Of a stretch of DNA of 60,575 nucleotides, positions 45,506-55,287 are shown piece by piece. The translations under genes were made by a program, and so were the position numbers. Source of the stretch: an uncultured Bacteroidales bacterium (GTDB lineage Bacteria; Bacillota_I; Bacilli_A; ML615J-28; CAG-698). The stretch covers positions 1-60,575 of the forward strand of contig CAYOXB010000004.1 of NCBI GenBank assembly GCA_964407835.1, in the 5' to 3' direction. A model generated the notes under the pieces. The model did no database searches and was not told the origin of the DNA. It saw only the letters and a program-made list of their open reading frames with translations. Each line of letters opens with the position of its first letter. Position 1 is the first letter of the stretch.

Positions 45506-46945
45506 ATGGAAGATAAATTGCTTTTAAAACAACAAAAAAAGCAAAGGTTAATATTAGAAAATAAAAACCTTGGTTTAAGTATATTATGGTTGGCGTTGCC
45601 AATCTTTTTAAGTAATTTTATGAAGTCATTTAATGATTTAATTGATCTTTATTTTGTTACGAATTTAACAGATCCTGAGTTTGTTGTTTCCGCAACAACT
45701 GCTCTAAATCTTCCAAACCCAGTTATTTCGATAACTTTATCTATAGCTGGGGGATTTATGACAGCAGGAGCAGCAATGATTGCTCAGTATCTAGGTGCAA
45801 AGCAAAAGGCTAGTGCAAATAAAATAGCAGGACAGTTATTGATTTTGTGTTTGGGTGCTGGAGCTATTATGGGTGGCGTTCTTTATATATTTACCCCAGC
45901 GATTATGAAAGCAATGGGAGCAGAAGGCTTATCACTTGAATATATGATTGCCTATGTTAGAATAAGGTCTTTAGAGATGGTTCCTTTATTTGCTTTCTAT
46001 GCTTTTCAAGCTACTAGAACTGCAAGTGGTGATACGACTACTCCATTTTTACTTAATATTGTAATGATTATTGTAAATATAGTTTTCACATATTATTTTA
46101 TGAAATATCTTAATATGGGAATAAGAGGGGCTGCTTGGGGAACATTTCTAGGTAATCTAATTATAATGCCTGTGTTTTTAGTTTTAATGTTTAAGAAAAA
46201 TGATAGATTTGTAACTATTACAGCTAAGGATATTCAAGTAGACACGAAAGAAATTAATAGAATATTTAAACTTTCCTGGCCTGTTGCCTTTTCTCAAGCT
46301 CTAACATCTTTAGGATTTTTAATTTTAAACACAATGATTCTTTCATATGGGGAGGCGACTGTAAATGCCTTTGGGGTTGGAAATAGAATAAATTCGATGG
46401 TTTTAATGCCAGCAATGGGTATTGGAAGTATTGTCGCCACCTTTGTAGCTCAAAATATTGGGGCTAATAATATCCCAAGAGCAAGAAAATCAGTTAGAGC
46501 AGCGATGATTATGTCCATTGCAACAGCAATTATTGGAGCTGCTATATTATTTCCAATTAGAAAACAATTAATCGGGATATTTTTAGATGAACAACCTGAA
46601 GCACTTGCTTTAAGTATTGAATATTTATTCTTCCTCCTAGCAAGTCTACCGCTTATGAGTATTTTCCAAGTTTATATGGGAACATACCAAGGAAGTGGTG
46701 AGACGAAATATAGCTTAGTTCTTTCAATGCTTAGACTTTGGGCGATGAGAATTCCACTTGTCTTACTTTTCAAAAATGTATTTGACCTACCAGCATCAAG
46801 CCTTTGGTATGCTATGACAATATCTAATTTTGGGGCAGCGTTTGTTGGGATAATTCTGTATAAGAAATGTGATTTTGAACCTAAGATTATTCGAAGTGGT
46901 CAAAGTTTAGAGGATAGCAATGAAGAAGTTGTTAATCCAGCCTAA
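45506..46945 (+). CDS. MATE family efflux transporter
   Basis: LALP...DLYFV, IAQYLGA, GDTTTP, GIRGAAWGT, AFGVGNRI, QNIGA; about 12 TM segments. Confidence 0.92.
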   Translation: MEDKLLLKQQKKQRLILENKNLGLSILWLALPIFLSNFMKSFNDLIDLYFVTNLTDPEFVVSATTALNLPNPVISITLSIAGGFMTAGAAMIAQYLGAKQKASANKIAGQLLILCLGAGAIMGGVLYIFTPAIMKAMGAEGLSLEYMIAYVRIRSLEMVPLFAFYAFQATRTASGDTTTPFLLNIVMIIVNIVFTYYFMKYLNMGIRGAAWGTFLGNLIIMPVFLVLMFKKNDRFVTITAKDIQVDTKEINRIFKLSWPVAFSQALTSLGFLILNTMILSYGEATVNAFGVGNRINSMVLMPAMGIGSIVATFVAQNIGANNIPRARKSVRAAMIMSIATAIIGAAILFPIRKQLIGIFLDEQPEALALSIEYLFFLLASLPLMSIFQVYMGTYQGSGETKYSLVLSMLRLWAMRIPLVLLFKNVFDLPASSLWYAMTISNFGAAFVGIILYKKCDFEPKIIRSGQSLEDSNEEVVNPA

Positions 46946-47846
46946 ATATAGCATAAGTGGTGTTGTCTCAAGAAGGAAGTATGAAGAATATAAAGAGATC
47001 AAGAAGAAGGACTTAGAGAAATACCCTTGGTTTAAATCTATCTTAGTCTTTGCCTTTCCACTTTCCGGTGAAGCTGTTAGAAACATTCGTTATTTAGGTG
47101 CTAGATATACATATGGTGAGGATTATCATAGAGTTGTTAGTAGTGAACTTGAAAAGATAGCAAAAGAGCTAAACTTAAACAAATATAAAGTTTTTACTGA
47201 TATTAGTATTTTAGATGAAAAAATATGTGCTTATTTAGCTGGCCTTGGTTGGTATGGTAAAAACAATTTAATAATTACCAATGAATTTGGTTCAAATATT
47301 GCAATTGGTGAGATTATTACTGATGAGGAGTTTGAAGAAAATACTATTTTAATGGATTCTTTATGTGGGGATTGTAGGTTATGTATTGATGCTTGTCCTA
47401 CAAAAGCCCTAACTAATCCTGGTTTTATTAAAGAAAGATGTCTATCTTATCTAACTCAGTATATATCTAGTGATTATGAACTTTATAATAAGGTTTTAAA
47501 ATATGCAGTTGGTTGTGATATTTGCCAAATAGCTTGCCCATATAATAAGGTTAGCTATTCATATGATAATAGATTTAGTTTCAATGATAAGTCTATTATT
47601 ACTTTAGATATTTTAAGTAAGCTAGATAATAATTCTTTTTTAGAATATTATGACAATAAATCATTTACTTGGATTGGTTATTTAAAGATGCTTAGAAATA
47701 TTCTTACATTAGAAGTAAATAATAAAAACATTACATCAATTGAACTAGAAAAATATCAAAAAAAACATAGGGATGTTAAGTGGTTTTATGACCATATTGA
47801 GTATTTGAAAACAAGAGTGAAGGAAAATAGTTATGGGAACAATTAA
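46920..47846 (+). CDS. queG: Epoxyqueuosine reductase (cobalamin and Fe-S dependent)
   Basis: ARYTYGEDYH, AGLGWYGKN, CGDCRLCIDACPT, RCLSY, GCDICQIACPYN; lies upstream of trmL. Confidence 0.85.
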   Translation: MKKLLIQPKYSISGVVSRRKYEEYKEIKKKDLEKYPWFKSILVFAFPLSGEAVRNIRYLGARYTYGEDYHRVVSSELEKIAKELNLNKYKVFTDISILDEKICAYLAGLGWYGKNNLIITNEFGSNIAIGEIITDEEFEENTILMDSLCGDCRLCIDACPTKALTNPGFIKERCLSYLTQYISSDYELYNKVLKYAVGCDICQIACPYNKVSYSYDNRFSFNDKSIITLDILSKLDNNSFLEYYDNKSFTWIGYLKMLRNILTLEVNNKNITSIELEKYQKKHRDVKWFYDHIEYLKTRVKENSYGNN

Positions 47847-48360
47847 TCTAGTTTTATATGCACCTGAAATTCCGCATAATACAGGTAATATTATGAGAAC
47901 TTGTCTTGCAACTAATTGTATTCTTCATTTAATTGAACCACTTGGCTTTAGTTTAGATGAAAAAGCAATTAAAAGAAGTGGTGCTAATTATGATTTTGTT
48001 AGTGATTTTAAGTATTTTAGATATAAGGACTTAAGTGAGTTTTTTGAGAAAAATAATGATGGTGAGTTTTACTACCTAACAAGATATGGTGAACATGACT
48101 TGTTTTCAGTAAACACAGTAGATGAGAATAAGAATTATTACTTTATTTTAGGTAGTGAATCAAGTGGCCTACCCTATGATTTATTAAAAGAAAACATCGA
48201 TAGGACAATTAGACTTCCAATGACTGATAAAGTAAGATCACTTAATTTAAGTAATTGTGCAGCAATTATAATTTATGAAGCGCTTCGTCAACAAAGTTTT
48301 AAAGGCTTAGAGAAGCACGAACCGAGTATTTATAAAGGTTCAGATTTTTTAAAAAAGTAA
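47833..48360 (+). CDS. trmL: tRNA (cytidine/uridine-2'-O)-methyltransferase, SPOUT family
   Basis: VLYAPEIPHNTGNIMRTC, LIEPLGF, GSESSGLP, RSLNLSN. Confidence 0.93.
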   Translation: MGTINLVLYAPEIPHNTGNIMRTCLATNCILHLIEPLGFSLDEKAIKRSGANYDFVSDFKYFRYKDLSEFFEKNNDGEFYYLTRYGEHDLFSVNTVDENKNYYFILGSESSGLPYDLLKENIDRTIRLPMTDKVRSLNLSNCAAIIIYEALRQQSFKGLEKHEPSIYKGSDFLKK

Positions 48361-48376
48361 CACTTGATTATTAAAG

Positions 48377-48403
48377 AAACACTTGATTTTTTCAAGTGTT
48401 TTT
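48377..48403 (+). terminator. Intrinsic terminator after trmL
   Basis: AAACACTTGA-ttttt-TCAAGTGTTT followed by T. Confidence 0.75.
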
Positions 48404-48496
48404 AAATTTAAAAAAATATTTTTCTTATAATACTTGATTTTTTTGAAATATGGTATAATAGAGGTGATATAAATATATGAAAGAGAGGATAAGATT

Positions 48497-50128
48497 TTGA
48501 AAAAGTTCTTTTTGTTTGTATCGCTATTTGTAATAGCATTTGTACTCGTTGGCTGTACGGGTGGTAGTTCTCTAAAAATTAATTCTGAGTTAATTAACGC
48601 AAATGTACAAGAAACTGAGGAGTTGTTGGCTCCACGAAACAAAATTATTGTTTCTGACTTAAAAGATTATACGATAATAAACCAATCATATCTCAATCAA
48701 GGCATACTTGTTGTACGAGATGATGAAAATAAAACTGGAGTTTGGTCAGTTATGACTGGAAAACTATTATTCCCACTTGAAGAACAAGCAAGTTTCTACA
48801 TGTTTTATGTTAGTTATATAGGGCTTTATATTGAAAGAGAATCATTTGATGGAGCTTTGACGCTTTATGATATAAATGGAAATGTTTCACTTAATAAAAA
48901 TGACTATTATACTTATAATATTACTGGAAGTAGAGAAGCAATTTATGATGATAATTATAATTTTTTGAGATATGATTATTTTGAAGAAGTTAGTTATCTA
49001 ACTCAAGATAAATTCGACAATGGAATTACTGAATCAACTGTAAAAAAATTCAAGATTAATGTGGAAACAAAAACTAAAGAAGTTGTGGAGGCAGTTGAGG
49101 TTGAGGATGTATTTAATGATCCAACAAATCAATATCCACTAGATGCGTTTAATTTAAAGGGATACTACTTTAAGATTATTGAAGACCATTTCTATGTGTA
49201 TGATAAAAACGATAAGTTTGTATCTAATTTCTATTTTAATGAATCATCAACCCTATCATCATTTACTGCAGATGGACATTTAATCTACCAAAGAGAATAT
49301 TTACTACCTTCCACAAGTGAAGATTATGATTTTGCTGCTGGTGGTGATAAATACAAACTAATGTCTTATTCTATAAATATTCTTAAAGGAACTGAAAAAG
49401 CCTTAAAACTTGATTATATAGTTCACTATAATAACCCTTTTAAAGACGCTAAAGGAAATTACAAGTATACATATGCTGTAATTGAAAAGATTGAAAATAA
49501 AATGTTATCTGGAAAAGAGTTAATTGTAATTTTAGATAATAAAGGTAATATCGTTGCTACACCTGGAGTATTTTATATTCCTGATTTAGTTAAATTAAAT
49601 GATTCGTACTATTATGATTCAAATAATTCTTATATTGTAAGTAGTAACTTAGATCCAGTTGTCAAACTTGGAAGTTCTCATGCATTGCTTAGAGAATTAG
49701 AATTATTTGTTGTTTGGAAAAATGGCTCTTATGGAGCAATTAACTATGAAGGTAAAGTTGTAATTCCATTTGAGTACTCAAGTATTTCAAATGAATCATA
49801 TGATGGAAGAGTATTTGCTGTTCATAATGATGGTACTCGTTATACATTTGATAAAGATGGAGTTAGAGGGACTATTTATAGTGGTGCACAACCACTTAGT
49901 CTAGGATTATTGTTCCACTCAGAATATGATGATGATGACGGTGTATATAAAGCACGTATTAGAGATTATAACAATAGTGTAAAACTCGGATTTGATTTTG
50001 ATTCACCAACATCAATTATCTTCTATACTATTTCTAATATTTATGGACAATATAAGTATTTCAAATATGTATATGATGCAAAAGATTATGTTGTTGTAAT
50101 TGATACTACATATGTAAAATCTGAATAG
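48497..50128 (+). CDS. Beta-rich lipoprotein with WG-repeat-like segments
   Basis: TTG start, MKK...VLVGC lipobox; KNGSYGAINYEGKVVIPFEY resembles a WG beta repeat. Confidence 0.7.
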   Translation: MKKFFLFVSLFVIAFVLVGCTGGSSLKINSELINANVQETEELLAPRNKIIVSDLKDYTIINQSYLNQGILVVRDDENKTGVWSVMTGKLLFPLEEQASFYMFYVSYIGLYIERESFDGALTLYDINGNVSLNKNDYYTYNITGSREAIYDDNYNFLRYDYFEEVSYLTQDKFDNGITESTVKKFKINVETKTKEVVEAVEVEDVFNDPTNQYPLDAFNLKGYYFKIIEDHFYVYDKNDKFVSNFYFNESSTLSSFTADGHLIYQREYLLPSTSEDYDFAAGGDKYKLMSYSINILKGTEKALKLDYIVHYNNPFKDAKGNYKYTYAVIEKIENKMLSGKELIVILDNKGNIVATPGVFYIPDLVKLNDSYYYDSNNSYIVSSNLDPVVKLGSSHALLRELELFVVWKNGSYGAINYEGKVVIPFEYSSISNESYDGRVFAVHNDGTRYTFDKDGVRGTIYSGAQPLSLGLLFHSEYDDDDGVYKARIRDYNNSVKLGFDFDSPTSIIFYTISNIYGQYKYFKYVYDAKDYVVVIDTTYVKSE

Positions 50129-50136
50129 AATAACTA

Positions 50137-50180
50137 AAGTGACTAGCAGATCATTTGATCATAGCTAGTCACTTTTTTTT
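50137..50180 (+). terminator. Intrinsic terminator
   Basis: AAAGTGACTAGC...GCTAGTCACTTT followed by a T tract. Confidence 0.85.
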
Positions 50181-50246
50181 AAATATTCTTGAGAATAAGT
50201 TAATATATGCTATAATATATTAAAGAAAAGAAAGCGGAGGTAAATT

Positions 50247-51125
50247 ATGAAACAATATTTGGATTTTTTAGAACATATTTTGGAAAAAGGTTCAGAAAAA
50301 GCGGATAGGACTAATACTGGGACTATTTCCACGTTTGGGTATCAAATGAGATTTGATTTAAATGAAGGTTTTCCTTTGCTTACTACAAAAAGGGTTCATT
50401 TGAAATCTATTATTCATGAATTATTATGGTTTATTAGTGGTGAAACTAATATTAAGTATTTAGTTGATAATGATGTTAGGATTTGGAATGAATGGCCATA
50501 TGAAAAATATAAGAAATCATCTTATTATTTAGGTGAGAGTTTAGAAGAGTTTGTGGAGAAGGTAAAGAATGATAATCAGTTTGCGAAAAAATGGGGAGAT
50601 TTAGGCCCTGTTTATGGTTACCAATGGCGTAATTTTGAAGGTAAAGATGGAGCAGTTGATCAACTAGCTAATGTTATTAATCTAATTAAGACTAATCCTG
50701 ATTCAAGAAGATTAATAGTAAATGCTTGGCATGCAGCATATATTGATAAAATGGCTCTACCACCTTGTCATATGATGTTTCAATTTTATGTAAGAGATAA
50801 TAAACTATCTTGTCAACTATATCAAAGAAGTGCAGATGCATTTTTAGGTGTGCCTTTTAATATTGCATCATATTCTCTTCTTACAATGATGGTTGCAAAA
50901 GTATGTGGGCTTGAACTTGGTGAGTTTGTTCATACGCTTGGTGATTCTCATATTTATTCAAATCATATGGATCAAGTTAAATTACAACTTTCTAGAGAAC
51001 CTAGAGCGCTTCCAAAGATGATTATCCATGGTAATCAAAAAACTATTAATGATTTTAGTTATAGTAATTTTGAACTAGTTGATTATAATCCTCATAAAGG
51101 TATTAAGGGAGTAGTTGCAGTATGA
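50247..51125 (+). CDS. thyA: Thymidylate synthase
   Basis: [50 protein letters not shown]. Confidence 0.97.
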   Translation: MKQYLDFLEHILEKGSEKADRTNTGTISTFGYQMRFDLNEGFPLLTTKRVHLKSIIHELLWFISGETNIKYLVDNDVRIWNEWPYEKYKKSSYYLGESLEEFVEKVKNDNQFAKKWGDLGPVYGYQWRNFEGKDGAVDQLANVINLIKTNPDSRRLIVNAWHAAYIDKMALPPCHMMFQFYVRDNKLSCQLYQRSADAFLGVPFNIASYSLLTMMVAKVCGLELGEFVHTLGDSHIYSNHMDQVKLQLSREPRALPKMIIHGNQKTINDFSYSNFELVDYNPHKGIKGVVAV

Positions 51126-51601
51126 TTTCTATAATGGTTGCAATTGCTAACAACAATGTTATAGGCTATAATAACGACCTTCCTTGGCATTATAAGAAAG
51201 ATTTAAAGTATTTTAAAGAAGTAACAACAAATCATAAGGTTGTAATGGGTAGAAAAACTTTCAATTCTATTATTGATCGTAATTCTAAACCGCTCCCACT
51301 TCGTGAAAATATTGTAGTAACTAGAAATACTGATTTTTCATATCCTGGAGTTATGGTTGTTAATGATTTTAAAAAATATATGGAAAGCTTACAAAGTTTA
51401 GAAGAAGAAGTATTTATTATTGGTGGTAATGAGATATTTACTGAGAGTATTAACTATGCAGATAGACTCTATATCACTCATATAAATAAAGACTATCAAG
51501 GAGATGTATTTTTCCCTTCATATAATAAAGAAGATTTTAAACTTATAAAAAAAGAAGATGATGGTATTTTATCATTTTGTGTATATGAAAGGGTTAAATA
51601 A
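51122..51601 (+). CDS. folA: Dihydrofolate reductase
   Basis: [38 protein letters not shown]; overlaps thyA. Confidence 0.95.
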   Translation: MISIMVAIANNNVIGYNNDLPWHYKKDLKYFKEVTTNHKVVMGRKTFNSIIDRNSKPLPLRENIVVTRNTDFSYPGVMVVNDFKKYMESLQSLEEEVFIIGGNEIFTESINYADRLYITHINKDYQGDVFFPSYNKEDFKLIKKEDDGILSFCVYERVK

Positions 51602-52458
51602 TGGGAGTTCTTTTAACTTTTATAGTATTATCTGTTTTAACAACATCAGCTTATATTTATTTTGTTGAATATTTAGGAAATGGAATTTTATACTATACAA
51701 TGCCACTTATGTTCATTGCTAGTTTTATTGTTTTGTTCATTGTTTTTATTTTAATTCTTTGGGTTTTACTCTTATTTAATAAAAAAGATGGAGTTAATAA
51801 ATTCTTTTACTTTTTTTCAGGACAAGTTGCTGAGGCAGTAAGAATATTTTTTAGAATTAAAATTATTCGTGAAGACTATGATAAAATTCCTAAGGATACA
51901 AGGTTTATGTTTGTATCTAACCATCAATCAATCTTTGATCCAATAGCTTTAGTTGGAGAATTAAAAAAACAACGTCTAACATATATAATGAAAGATGGTG
52001 TTATGAAAATACCTTTTGCTGGTAGATGGCTTAAAGCTTCAGGATTTTTCCCGCTTGATAGAAATAATGACCGCAACGCTCTTAAAACTATTCTAAGTGC
52101 TAGTAAGCAGCTACAATTAGGTTATCCTGTAGCAGCATTTCCTGAGGGCACTAGAAGTAAAACTACTAATATTAATGATTTTAAAAGTGGAGTTTTTAAA
52201 ATAGCAGAACGGGCTAAAGCGCCAATTGTTGTTGCAACAATTGATAATTTCTTTTCTGTTAAAGAAAGATTTCCTTGGAGAAGAACTAAAGTAGTTGTAA
52301 GAATTTGTAAGGTTTTAGAATATTTAGAATATGAGAATCTAACAACTAATCAAATTAGTGAAATTATTAGAAATACTATGCTTGAAAATCAAAAAGATTT
52401 AAGAGAAAAGTATTCATTTATTGAATATAGACCAGTAGGTGAAAAAGGTGTGATTTAA
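51601..52458 (+). CDS. plsC: 1-acyl-sn-glycerol-3-phosphate acyltransferase
   Basis: SNHQSIFD (NHxxxxD), FPLDR, FPEGTRS; two N-terminal TM helices. Confidence 0.88.
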   Translation: MGVLLTFIVLSVLTTSAYIYFVEYLGNGILYYTMPLMFIASFIVLFIVFILILWVLLLFNKKDGVNKFFYFFSGQVAEAVRIFFRIKIIREDYDKIPKDTRFMFVSNHQSIFDPIALVGELKKQRLTYIMKDGVMKIPFAGRWLKASGFFPLDRNNDRNALKTILSASKQLQLGYPVAAFPEGTRSKTTNINDFKSGVFKIAERAKAPIVVATIDNFFSVKERFPWRRTKVVVRICKVLEYLEYENLTTNQISEIIRNTMLENQKDLREKYSFIEYRPVGEKGVI

Positions 52459-52470
52459 AACCACACCTTT
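52444..52470. terminator. Bidirectional terminator-like hairpin
   Basis: AAAGGTGTG...CACACCTTT between convergent genes. Confidence 0.65.
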
Positions 52471-52473
52471 GTT

Positions 52474-54549
52474 TTATTCTATAACATAAATAATATTTTT
52501 TGTTACTCTGTGGAATACTTCTTCAGAGTATTTATAATTTACAACACTTAGGGCTGAGTCGTGAACTAAGAGGAATCTTCCATTTGCAGTTATTTCATAA
52601 CCTTTAATGGCGATTAAATGGCCTCCAGTTGTATAAGGACCCATATCACCTGTTACACTCCAAGAAACTGGGCCAACTGTAGCTAAGTGGTAGAGTAATT
52701 CCTCAAAAGAATATATTCTTTTTACATATGAATTGGCTCCATATCCTCCCATACCGACAGTATTGAAAATCCAGTTACCAAAGATATTTGAACCATAGTC
52801 TTTTAATTTAATTGCAACTTCACGGTGAGGATATACATCATCAAATGTATAACCTTTATGCATTAAAAGCATTGTTGCGCTAGTTGGAGAACAAATAGAT
52901 GGTCCAATATCTGGAACTATGTATTGATTTAGGGCTGGCATTGTATATTCAACTCTTTTTGGAATATTAGTTATATCTACTGGATATTCATAGTTTGGAA
53001 TAACTAGTGATGCACTAACTAAGGATAATTTAGGCGATGTTGCATTCACAGTAGTTCTTTTTAGAACTACTTTATATTGATAGGCATCAGCTGTTCTGTT
53101 ATTTGAAATGAATAAAACATCGTTTGTAATATAAGCTAAGCTATCGCTTTGGCTAAATGTTTTGTTTTGTAAGCCAAGGCCAAAACTACCATAGTCAAAA
53201 TACATACTCCACTGACCATTTACTCTAACTCTAACTAAGATATTGGCAGTTGCATCAACACTAGAAGTAGAAGCCCATGTGCCAAGGAGCCAAGTAAAGT
53301 AATTTGTTCTAATGACTGGGGATTGATATGACCCCAGTGTATAACCATTTTCAAGAACTAAACGGTCTCCTTCTAAAACTACATTTGAGAAGAATGCTGG
53401 ATTAAAATCATAGGCATAATCTACAAATAGATGTTTATTCATAAAGTCATCTAGACCTTCGTTTGTTTCCACAAGCACAAAGTAATCAACTGAGTACGTT
53501 ACACTACCACTTGTAAGTGTAATAGTTAATTTAACTTCTTGTTCGTTTTCACTTAAATAAACATTACCTGAAGGAGTAATAACTTTATCATTACTACTTG
53601 TCCAAGTTGCAGTTACAAAATTATCGAATTCAGTAGGTAAATATAAAGACATACTAATTTTTTCAGGAATAGTAAAACTATCTAGGGCAAGTTGAAATCT
53701 TTCTTCATTTGGCATTTGTAATGCTATAACATCAAATGTTTTTTCTTTAACTTTCCCTTTGTAGATAAATACGCCTGAAATTGTAACTAGTGTACTTGCT
53801 TCTGGATATCTGAACTTACCAGCTTCAGTTATAAGTGAAGTATTTGAACTTGACCAAGAAATGGCAACTCCACCTATTTTAGCTGGTAGATATAAGTCTT
53901 CAGTAGTTTCTAGTGGTAAATTAAAATTTGCAACAGTTTTATCTAGAATTTCTTGATCAGGTACACCTAAAACTGTAATAGTTTTAAAAGTTGGGAAATT
54001 ATAGTTTTTACCAGCAATTTCTAAATTTAGACTTAAGGTAACTTCTGTATTTGAAGAAGTTAAACCAACAATTCCGTTATTTGAAATAGTTGAAGGTTGG
54101 CTTGAAGTCCAAGTAAGAATTCCTGTATATGATAAATATTCAAATTTTGTTGGAAGAAGGATATTTTCACTTGTAGAGGACGGGATATTAATTTCTTCTA
54201 AAAGAAGGCTTTTAACTTCATCTTCCTTAAGTGCATGTAGTACAAAATGAGCGACTTCAGTTGTTTTTTGGTCTTTGTAAGTAGCGCTTATAGTTGCAGA
54301 AACATTGAGTTCCAAAAAAACTTTGGATACTTTTCCTTGATTTGATAAATATTCTTGGTCATTACTTACAAAGTCAATAACGTAGTCTTTTCTTTTATAG
54401 TTAAAAGCACTTGGAATATCTAAATCATTATCTAGTTCATAGGGAAGAGTAGCAATAAATTCGCCTAGTACTTCATTTATATTTACATTATTACAAGCTA
54501 TTAGGAAAAATCCTAATAAAGCTGTAATTATAAATTTTAATTTTTTCAT
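52474..54549 (-). CDS. Lipoprotein with tandem Ig-like repeats and C-terminal peptidase C39-like domain
   Basis: Lipobox LIAC; repeated LP......WTSS....I...G.V units; SICSPTS (Cys), GGHLIAIKG (His), VHDS (Asp). Confidence 0.75.
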   Translation of the reverse strand: MKKLKFIITALLGFFLIACNNVNINEVLGEFIATLPYELDNDLDIPSAFNYKRKDYVIDFVSNDQEYLSNQGKVSKVFLELNVSATISATYKDQKTTEVAHFVLHALKEDEVKSLLLEEINIPSSTSENILLPTKFEYLSYTGILTWTSSQPSTISNNGIVGLTSSNTEVTLSLNLEIAGKNYNFPTFKTITVLGVPDQEILDKTVANFNLPLETTEDLYLPAKIGGVAISWSSSNTSLITEAGKFRYPEASTLVTISGVFIYKGKVKEKTFDVIALQMPNEERFQLALDSFTIPEKISMSLYLPTEFDNFVTATWTSSNDKVITPSGNVYLSENEQEVKLTITLTSGSVTYSVDYFVLVETNEGLDDFMNKHLFVDYAYDFNPAFFSNVVLEGDRLVLENGYTLGSYQSPVIRTNYFTWLLGTWASTSSVDATANILVRVRVNGQWSMYFDYGSFGLGLQNKTFSQSDSLAYITNDVLFISNNRTADAYQYKVVLKRTTVNATSPKLSLVSASLVIPNYEYPVDITNIPKRVEYTMPALNQYIVPDIGPSICSPTSATMLLMHKGYTFDDVYPHREVAIKLKDYGSNIFGNWIFNTVGMGGYGANSYVKRIYSFEELLYHLATVGPVSWSVTGDMGPYTTGGHLIAIKGYEITANGRFLLVHDSALSVVNYKYSEEVFHRVTKNIIYVIE

Positions 54550-54626
54550 TGTTATACCTCATAATTTTTCAATCTTTTATATTATAGCATAAATCAACAA
54601 AAAATAAAAACCAATTTTTAATTGGT

Positions 54627-55199
54627 TTAATCGAGTGGGTCTATATTATATTTTATAATTGAAATCTTATTATTTTTAACTTCAAAATAGCTAAGTGAAG
54701 AGTTTTTTAAAAGGCTTCTAAAATTAAAACTAGTATCTAGTTGAGTAATTATTGATTTAATAAACTGAGCATGGGAGAAAGCTAATACTTTTTTACCCTT
54801 GAATTTCTTTTCAAGTTCAAAAAGAGCATTTAGTGAGCGTTTGTTTAGATTTTCTTCTGTTTCCATTCCTGGTATATTATCTGTAAATATTTTATCATAA
54901 GTAACTTTATCTAGTACTCTACCTTCAAAAGTTCCAAAATCTCTTTCTTGGAAGTTTTTATCTAAAATGATTTCCTTTTTGAAGTTAAGAATCTCTTTAA
55001 TTACTTCTCCAGTTTGAACTGCTCTTTTTAGAGGACTTGATACAAAGACATCCCAAGCAGGATCTAGTTGTTTTAAGTAATTTCCTGCTCTTTTTGCTTG
55101 AGCTATTCCTGTTTCGTTCAGTTCATTATCAGTTATACCTTGGAGTAGGCTTTGTTTATTCCAGTCAGTTTGACCGTGTCTTATAAGACAAATTATCAT
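54627..55199 (-). CDS. Histidine phosphatase (phosphoglycerate mutase-like) family protein
   Basis: LIRHGQTDWN, SSPLKRA, ERDFG.FEG, FSH. Confidence 0.9.
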   Translation of the reverse strand: MIICLIRHGQTDWNKQSLLQGITDNELNETGIAQAKRAGNYLKQLDPAWDVFVSSPLKRAVQTGEVIKEILNFKKEIILDKNFQERDFGTFEGRVLDKVTYDKIFTDNIPGMETEENLNKRSLNALFELEKKFKGKKVLAFSHAQFIKSIITQLDTSFNFRSLLKNSSLSYFEVKNNKISIIKYNIDPLD

Positions 55200-55227
55200 A
55201 TTAATGTCATCCTTTGCTATTTTTTAA

Positions 55228-55260
55228 ATTATAGCATATTTAGTTGGTATATGCTATAAT
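55228..55260. promoter_or_regulatory. Back-to-back divergent extended -10 promoters
   Basis: ATTATAGCATAT-N9-ATATGCTATAAT, i.e. TGCTATAAT on both strands, between divergent genes. Confidence 0.55.
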
Positions 55261-55287
55261 GGGATAGTAAAAAAGAGGTGATAACGT

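Noticed and set aside
54627-55199. CobC alpha-ribazole phosphatase supporting B12 salvage
   Set aside because: Only generic histidine-phosphatase motifs are present and there are no adjacent cob genes
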